64,000 bases of DNA from an uncultured delta proteobacterium (GTDB taxonomy: Bacteria > Myxococcota_A > Polyangia > Fen-1088), in the NCBI GenBank assembly GCA_963796685.1, contig CAWCMR010000025.1, forward strand, positions 576,001-640,000, in the 5' to 3' direction. Shown here piece by piece: positions 58,520-64,000 of this stretch (position 1 is the stretch's first letter; each line of letters opens with the position of its first letter). The notes under the pieces are model-generated. The model was not told where the DNA came from. It did no database searches and worked only from the letters and a program-made list of their open reading frames with translations. The translations under genes were made by a program, and so were the position numbers.

Positions 58520-60637
58520 ATGACTACATCCAGCGAAAGTGCGACGGCGCGAATCGTCTCGGGCCGGATCAAGCTTCACCCCGACGGCTATGGTTTCGTG
58601 GTTCCGGACGATCGTTCCGAAGACATCCACGTTAGCGTCCGCAACCGCGGCTCGGCCATGGACAGCGATCGCGTCGAGGTCGACTGGTGGGTTGGCGGGC
58701 GTGGGCTCGAAGGCCGCGTGACCCGGGTGCTCGAACGCGGGCGCGGAAAGATCACCGGCCAGCTCGCGGGGCACGGCAACAGCCTGCGCTTCGAACCCGA
58801 CGATGCGCGTATCCAGGCGCAAGTCGTGGTTCGCGGCGGGATCAGTGCGCGCCCCGGCCAGTCCGTGGTCGCCGAGATCGTCGGCTATCCCGAGTCTCCC
58901 CAGGCGCCCATCGAGGTCACGCTGCTCAAGGTTCTGGGCAGCCCCGACGACCCGCGTACCGAGGTCGAGAAGACCCTGGCTTGCGCCGACATCTCCGAGG
59001 AGTTCCCCGCTGCGGTGGTCAGCGAGGTCGGCCAAATTCCGAGCGTCGTGCAGCCAGCGGACTTCCACGACCGAACCGACTTGCGCAAGGTGCCCTTCAC
59101 CACCATCGATCCCGAAACCGCGCGCGACTTCGATGATGCCGTGGCCCTGGAAGAGCTTCCCCGCGGCGGGCATCGCCTGTGGGTCGCGGTGGCCGACGTT
59201 TCCCACTACTTGCGCGAGGGCACCGCCCTCGACCACGAGGCCCAGGCGCGCGGCGTGAGCGTGTACCTGCCGAATCGTGCCATCCCCATGCTGCCCGAGG
59301 CGCTGTCCGGGCACTTGTGCTCGCTGGTTCCCGGCGAGGATCGCCTGGCCATGGTGGTGCGCATCGACTACGACCGTGGCCTGGCCATCACCGAGGTGGA
59401 CTTCTGCGCGGCGGTCATTCACTCGCACGGCCGCCTCGACTACCCCGGCGTGGCGGCGGCCCTGGCCGGCGATGTCCGTGGCAAGCGCAAACACTACGAA
59501 CCTTTCTTGCCCAGCCTGCGCGCCATGGATGCCCTGGCCGGCAAGCTGCGCGTGCGCCGACAAGAGCGCGGGGCGTTGGATTTGGATCTGCCCCAGGTCG
59601 TGGTCGAGCTGGACCACGACGATCCGGCCCTGGTGCGCGATGTGCGCCGCGCCCGCCGCGATCCGGGCGAGCGCCAGGCCTACGCCATGATCGAGGAATG
59701 CATGCTCGCGGCCAACGAGGCCGTGGGCGACAGCTTCCGCGATCGCAACGAGGACACCGCCTGGCGCGTTCACGAAGTTCCCGATGAAGAAAAGGTGGCC
59801 GCCTTCGCCGTGGTGGCCGAGCGCTATGGCATCAAGTTCGACCCGGCGGAGGCCGCAACGCCGCTCGGGCTGGCCGCGGTCCTCAAGCGCTTGCGTGGAC
59901 ACCCGGCGGAAAAGCCGCTGTCCTTTCTGCTTCTGCGCGCGCTCAAACAGGCCACCTACGACGTGGTCAACGTGGGCCACTTCGGCCTGGCCTCGCCCGC
60001 GTACCTGCACTTCACCTCGCCCATCCGCCGCTATCCCGACGTCATCGTGCACCGGTTGCTCAAGCACCGCCTGGCCAGCCTGGGCAAGCCCGCGGGCGGG
60101 TTTGCGCCCATGGCCGCCACGGACATGCCGGCCAGCGAGATCCTGCAACGGGCCTCCACCCACGCCTCGTTCTGCGAGCGCAAGGCCATGGAGGTCGAAC
60201 GCGAGGTGGTGGATCTCTACCGCGCCTTCTTCATGCGCGATCGGGTGGGCGACGTGCTCGAAGGCGCCATCACCGGCGTGACCTCGTTCGGCGTCTTCGT
60301 GGTCATGGACGAGCCCTTCGTCGAGGGTCTGGTGCGCACCGACTACCTGGCGCCCGACGATTTCTACGACTTCGACGAGATCGCGTGTCGCCTCATCGGC
60401 CGCAGGAGCGGCAAGAGCTTTTCCCTCGGCGATCGGGTGAAAGTCGAGGTCCTGCAAGTCAGTGTGGCCCGCCGACGCATCGAACTGCGCCTCGCCGGCG
60501 CCACCGCGCATGGACCACGTGGCAAGCGACAGGACAAGCAACGCGACCGGCCCCAGGACAAGCCCAAACCCGGCCGTCAGGAACGCCGCCAAAAGACTCG
60601 CGGACAGAACCGCCGACGAAGCAAGGCGCGGAAGTAG
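58520..60637 (+). CDS. rnr: Ribonuclease R (RNB family)
   Basis: HPDGYGFV, TIDPETARDFDDA, VAVADVS, RGVSVYLP, IEECMLAAN, HFTSPIRRYPD, S1 domain, basic tail. Confidence 0.93.
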   Translation: MTTSSESATARIVSGRIKLHPDGYGFVVPDDRSEDIHVSVRNRGSAMDSDRVEVDWWVGGRGLEGRVTRVLERGRGKITGQLAGHGNSLRFEPDDARIQAQVVVRGGISARPGQSVVAEIVGYPESPQAPIEVTLLKVLGSPDDPRTEVEKTLACADISEEFPAAVVSEVGQIPSVVQPADFHDRTDLRKVPFTTIDPETARDFDDAVALEELPRGGHRLWVAVADVSHYLREGTALDHEAQARGVSVYLPNRAIPMLPEALSGHLCSLVPGEDRLAMVVRIDYDRGLAITEVDFCAAVIHSHGRLDYPGVAAALAGDVRGKRKHYEPFLPSLRAMDALAGKLRVRRQERGALDLDLPQVVVELDHDDPALVRDVRRARRDPGERQAYAMIEECMLAANEAVGDSFRDRNEDTAWRVHEVPDEEKVAAFAVVAERYGIKFDPAEAATPLGLAAVLKRLRGHPAEKPLSFLLLRALKQATYDVVNVGHFGLASPAYLHFTSPIRRYPDVIVHRLLKHRLASLGKPAGGFAPMAATDMPASEILQRASTHASFCERKAMEVEREVVDLYRAFFMRDRVGDVLEGAITGVTSFGVFVVMDEPFVEGLVRTDYLAPDDFYDFDEIACRLIGRRSGKSFSLGDRVKVEVLQVSVARRRIELRLAGATAHGPRGKRQDKQRDRPQDKPKPGRQERRQKTRGQNRRRSKARK

Positions 60638-60639
60638 CC

Positions 60640-61275
60640 GTGATCGCCAAGCCGGTGCCAAACCGCCCGCCCACGGGCGCGAACGCAACCACGATCCTGG
60701 AGGCGTGGCTGCCCGAGGTCTTTTCCTCGGCAGGCAAGGCCATGGAAGGCACCTCGCCTCGCCTTCGTCTTTCCTTGTCCGGTCCGGAGGGCGGCGAATG
60801 GGATCTGCAGATCGCGGATGGAGTCTTCCTCGCCGCACGCTACACGCGGACCATCGGTCCCCGTCGCAACGATCCCGACGTGTGGATTCGCCAGCCCGCC
60901 ACCGATTTTCTGGCCGTGATCTTCCCCAGCGAGGATCTTTTCGAGCTCATGCCGGCAACCGTCGACGTGGTCGACTTGCTTCGCCCGGACTCGCAGGAAA
61001 TGGAGCTGCTGGAAAAGCTCGATGGTCGCATCAAGTTCGAGCTGGAAGGCCGGCGGCGACGCCGCTGGTCCGTCGACGCAGCCTTCGGCCGAGCGGGCAT
61101 GCTGGCGGGCCGACCGCGCACCACCGTGAACATCGACGCCGGCACCTGCGAGAAGCTGGCCGCGCGTACGCTCAACCCGCTGCAGGCCCTGCTCGCCGGC
61201 CGCCTGCGCGTCGACGGCGACAAGACCTTCGCCATGCAAGTGCTCATGCTGCTAGCGATGCGAATCGGCGGCTGA
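60640..61275 (+). CDS. SCP2 sterol/lipid-binding domain protein (two SCP2-like units)
   Basis: LSGPEGGEW..PDVWI and LNPLQALLAGRLRVDGDKTFAMQ. Confidence 0.75.
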   Translation: MIAKPVPNRPPTGANATTILEAWLPEVFSSAGKAMEGTSPRLRLSLSGPEGGEWDLQIADGVFLAARYTRTIGPRRNDPDVWIRQPATDFLAVIFPSEDLFELMPATVDVVDLLRPDSQEMELLEKLDGRIKFELEGRRRRRWSVDAAFGRAGMLAGRPRTTVNIDAGTCEKLAARTLNPLQALLAGRLRVDGDKTFAMQVLMLLAMRIGG

Positions 61276-61593
61276 GAGCCGACCCGTCGCCCGCGACCCC
61301 GATCCAAGGCCCGAGAGCCAGACGCCAGGATCCTCACGAGCACAACAGCGTGAAATGCTGTGGAACCGACCGGCCCAATTGAAGATGATCCATCTGAAGG
61401 ACAAGAAATTCCCGGGTAATCCGACAAAGTCACACTGCTCCCGCGATCCGCTCCTTGTCACCGGCGAAATCTTCGATTGGCCGAAACCTACCGCTGCCTG
61501 ATTCAGACGGACGGTCTTGGCGGAGATCTGGCCCTCGGTCAGGGACTTAAGGTTACGCGTCATTCTGCCGATGTCTGGACCGGGAACCCCTCG

Positions 61594-62655
61594 ATGAAAA
61601 CGCCATTTCGCCAGGAACGGTTTCGACCCTTCCTGGCAAGACAAGCCCATGCGTCTCTCCTTCTCCTGATGGTCACGTTTGCATCGTCGTGTTCTTTCGA
61701 CGCGAGCAAGCTGCGCGCTTCACCGACGCGGGTGCTGGATGGGGCCATCAATCGTTGGGCTGGTGCGGATGGCGTACAGGCCGGCACCGGGGGAACAATG
61801 GAGGTCGGGCAGGTCGACTCTGGCCAGGAGGATCCGTCGCTTCCTGCCGCTGGAACCGATGCGGCTCTTGAAGACGGCCCGGATAGCAGCGGCCCGCACC
61901 TCGATGTCGCGCCGGGTGGGGCCATCGATCCTTCGGCTGATGCCGGTGCGGTAGAAGCCGCCAACGGCGAACCAATGGAGGTCGGGCAGACCGATTCCAG
62001 TGCGGTGGATCAGTCGCCTCCTACCACCGGAGTTGATGCGGCTGTGGGCCAGGCCAGTCAGGACGGCAGCGGCGCGCAACCTGACACCTCCCTCGATTGG
62101 GCCTCCGACGATACGGCCGGTGGGACGGATCAGGCTCCGCCCTCCGCCGGGGCTGACGCGGCTGCGGGCCCGGACAGCAGTGACGTGAATCCTGACACGA
62201 GCACCGGCGCCGGGATCATCCCCGATGGCACCTACCGCGTGACTGCGCGTCACAGCGGCAAGGTCCTTGATGTCTACAATGCCGTCACAGGGGACGGCAC
62301 CAACGTCGATCAGTGGTCGTATAACGGGGGCAATAACCAGCTCTGGACGTTCACGCACCTCGGTGGGAACGTGTACAAGATTCTTGGTGTCCAGAGCCGC
62401 AAGGCGCTCGAGGTGGCCACCGCCTCTACAACAGACGGCACCAACGTCGACATTCGGACGTACACTGGAGCTGCAAATCAGCAGTGGACGATCAGCTCTC
62501 TCACCGGCGGCAACTTTCGATTGTCGCCGGTAAGCAACAGCGGCTCGGCACTCGATGTTGTCGGCGCTTCGACTGCGGACAGTGCCAATGCCTGTCAATA
62601 TGCCTGGTTGGGCGGCAACAATTACAACCAGCAGTGGAGCATCCAGCCGCCCTAG
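61594..62655 (+). CDS. Lipoprotein with C-terminal RICIN (CBM13-like) lectin domain
   Basis: Lipobox-like SSC; acidic repeated linker; HSGKVLDV, NNQLW, ANQQW, YNQQW (QxW repeats). Confidence 0.85.
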   Translation: MKTPFRQERFRPFLARQAHASLLLLMVTFASSCSFDASKLRASPTRVLDGAINRWAGADGVQAGTGGTMEVGQVDSGQEDPSLPAAGTDAALEDGPDSSGPHLDVAPGGAIDPSADAGAVEAANGEPMEVGQTDSSAVDQSPPTTGVDAAVGQASQDGSGAQPDTSLDWASDDTAGGTDQAPPSAGADAAAGPDSSDVNPDTSTGAGIIPDGTYRVTARHSGKVLDVYNAVTGDGTNVDQWSYNGGNNQLWTFTHLGGNVYKILGVQSRKALEVATASTTDGTNVDIRTYTGAANQQWTISSLTGGNFRLSPVSNSGSALDVVGASTADSANACQYAWLGGNNYNQQWSIQPP

Positions 62656-62738
62656 CAGTCCGTGGTTCCAATGAGAACGATAACGGGCGGGTCGTTGACC
62701 TGCTTGCGCCTGGTCGCCGAGCTGCCACAATAGTCAGG

Positions 62739-63488
62739 GTGTTCATCGCTTCGCACAAGCCGGGTTCTGCGTTGGGTGTATTGTGTTTTCTCTCTTCGAC
62801 CCTGGTAGGATGCCAGCACGGCAATGGTCCAAACGCCCCGACCCAAGTCCCGGCACCGACCCCGGCGGGCAATCCCGCCATCGATTTCGATTCTCGCGTG
62901 CATGACTTCGGCACCGTGAACGAGGGCACGGCGCTCAGGTATGTGTTCACGGTGAAGAACACCGGGACCTCGCCGCTGGGGCTGACCGGCGTCATCACTT
63001 CCTGCGGTTGCACCGCGGCCACCCTTGGGGTCCACGAGATTTCTCCGGGAGGAAGCGGACCGATCGAATTGAAATTCGATACGCACGGATTCCAAGGGAT
63101 TGGCAGCAAGACCATCTCGGTCTCCTCCAACGACCCACAGAATCCGACATCAACCTTGGTGATCAGGTACGACGTCGAACGCTTGCTCGGGCTCGATAGG
63201 GTGTTCGTTCGTTTGGATACGAAGCGTGGGGCCGACGCCATCGAGAAGGTTTGGCTGACAGGCAAGCTCGCGGAACAGGCCAGGCCGCGTGTTGCCAAGA
63301 TCGAGGGCGGCGACAAGCAAGTGATGGTGGAAACCATCGAAGCCCGTCACGATGGCAAGATCAGAAGAGGGCTGGAGATCAAGCTCAAAGGAAGAAGGCC
63401 GGTTCCCGGCAATGGCAACATCACGATAGCAACCGGCATCCCAGACCCTGCCCAGTTGGTTGTTGGGTTCGATGTTGCGGCGAATTAG
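62739..63488 (+). CDS. DUF1573 domain lipoprotein
   Basis: LVGC lipobox; HDFGTV, FTVKNTG..PL, SCGCT, ISPGGSG, KTISVSSNDP. Confidence 0.85.
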   Translation: MFIASHKPGSALGVLCFLSSTLVGCQHGNGPNAPTQVPAPTPAGNPAIDFDSRVHDFGTVNEGTALRYVFTVKNTGTSPLGLTGVITSCGCTAATLGVHEISPGGSGPIELKFDTHGFQGIGSKTISVSSNDPQNPTSTLVIRYDVERLLGLDRVFVRLDTKRGADAIEKVWLTGKLAEQARPRVAKIEGGDKQVMVETIEARHDGKIRRGLEIKLKGRRPVPGNGNITIATGIPDPAQLVVGFDVAAN

Positions 63489-63559
63489 CCACCGCACGGC
63501 AGTCGCACCAATAACGCAACGGGACCACTCACGCCGAGCTGCTCACACTACCGGCATCC

Positions 63560-63790
63560 CTACGGCGCTTTGTCGCCCGGCTTGGCGGATTCCTTCTTTT
63601 CCGCCTGAGCTGCGCTATCCGTATCGGGCTTCTTGGCTGTGGCCACGATTTCGTTCGCGCCTCCTATGGCGCGTTTGAAGCTCCCGATGGCGCGCCCAAG
63701 ACCGTCGCCCAAGGCAGGCAGCTTGCTGGCCCCAAATACGAGCATGACCACCACAACAATCAGGATGATTTCGCCGGTGCCGAGTCCCAT
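63560..63790 (-). CDS. tatA: Twin-arginine translocase TatA/TatE subunit
   Basis: MGLGTGEIILIVVVVMLVFGASKLPALGDGLGRAIGSFKR. Confidence 0.92.
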   Translation of the reverse strand: MGLGTGEIILIVVVVMLVFGASKLPALGDGLGRAIGSFKRAIGGANEIVATAKKPDTDSAAQAEKKESAKPGDKAP

Positions 63791-63808
63791 GGATCGCTCC
63801 TAAACGGT

Positions 63809-63838
63809 CAATACCACCCAATACCACCCAATACCATC
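63809..63838. repeat. 10-bp tandem repeat x3
   Basis: CAATACCACC x2 plus CAATACCATC, just upstream of tatA. Confidence 0.8.
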
Positions 63839-64000
63839 ACAGGCAACCCGAAAGCCAGGGACTCGAGATCCAGGCACAGGACCGCACAAAAGTGCCTTCG
63901 TCGTGCTGTTGATGAAATGCGAGCTGGATCCAGCATCGCACATCTCTACCCAAGACCGCCCGAATATGCTCCAAATGGTGATTGTGATCCGCGATCTGCA

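Noticed and set aside
61276-61590. Riboswitch or ncRNA upstream of the RICIN lipoprotein (also considered 63840-63880)
   Set aside because: No match by eye to c-di-GMP or other riboswitch consensus; an Rfam scan would be needed.

Overview
GC-rich bacterial window whose gene content (Gly/Ser/Thr-linker lipoproteins, Ser/Thr kinases, FHA-sigma54 activator, roadblock/DUF4388 proteins, Cys-rich repeats) points to Myxococcota, probably Polyangia-like (inference). About 50 genes are readable. Several carry single-base frameshifts that look like long-read consensus errors. Core genes include an Lhr-like helicase, mutY, an RluA-family synthase, hflX, RNase R and tatA. Three loci stand out. (1) 20021-27604 (-): a cytoplasmic Mvh-like (group 3) [NiFe]-hydrogenase with no Hdr, MvhD or diaphorase partner in the window. 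It sits among two V4R-like proteins (one fused to a 2x[4Fe-4S] ferredoxin), a REC-DUF4388 regulator, two roadblock-domain proteins and an OmpA protein, and is bracketed by two GH8 paralogues. It is a candidate H2/redox-sensing module wired to polarity or envelope signalling. (2) 37878-48211 (-): a YcaO-TfuA thioamidation cluster with its own ubiquitin-like sulfur carrier (C-terminally masked GG), a JAB protease, a kinase-AAA-TPR protein, an FHA-sigma54 activator, a sigma54-type promoter and a 200-aa internally duplicated candidate substrate. (3) 50445-52519 (-): a complete IIC-like group II intron inserted exactly into a REP-like palindrome, with an empty copy of the same target at 43777-43853. 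No rRNA, tRNA or CRISPR array was seen.
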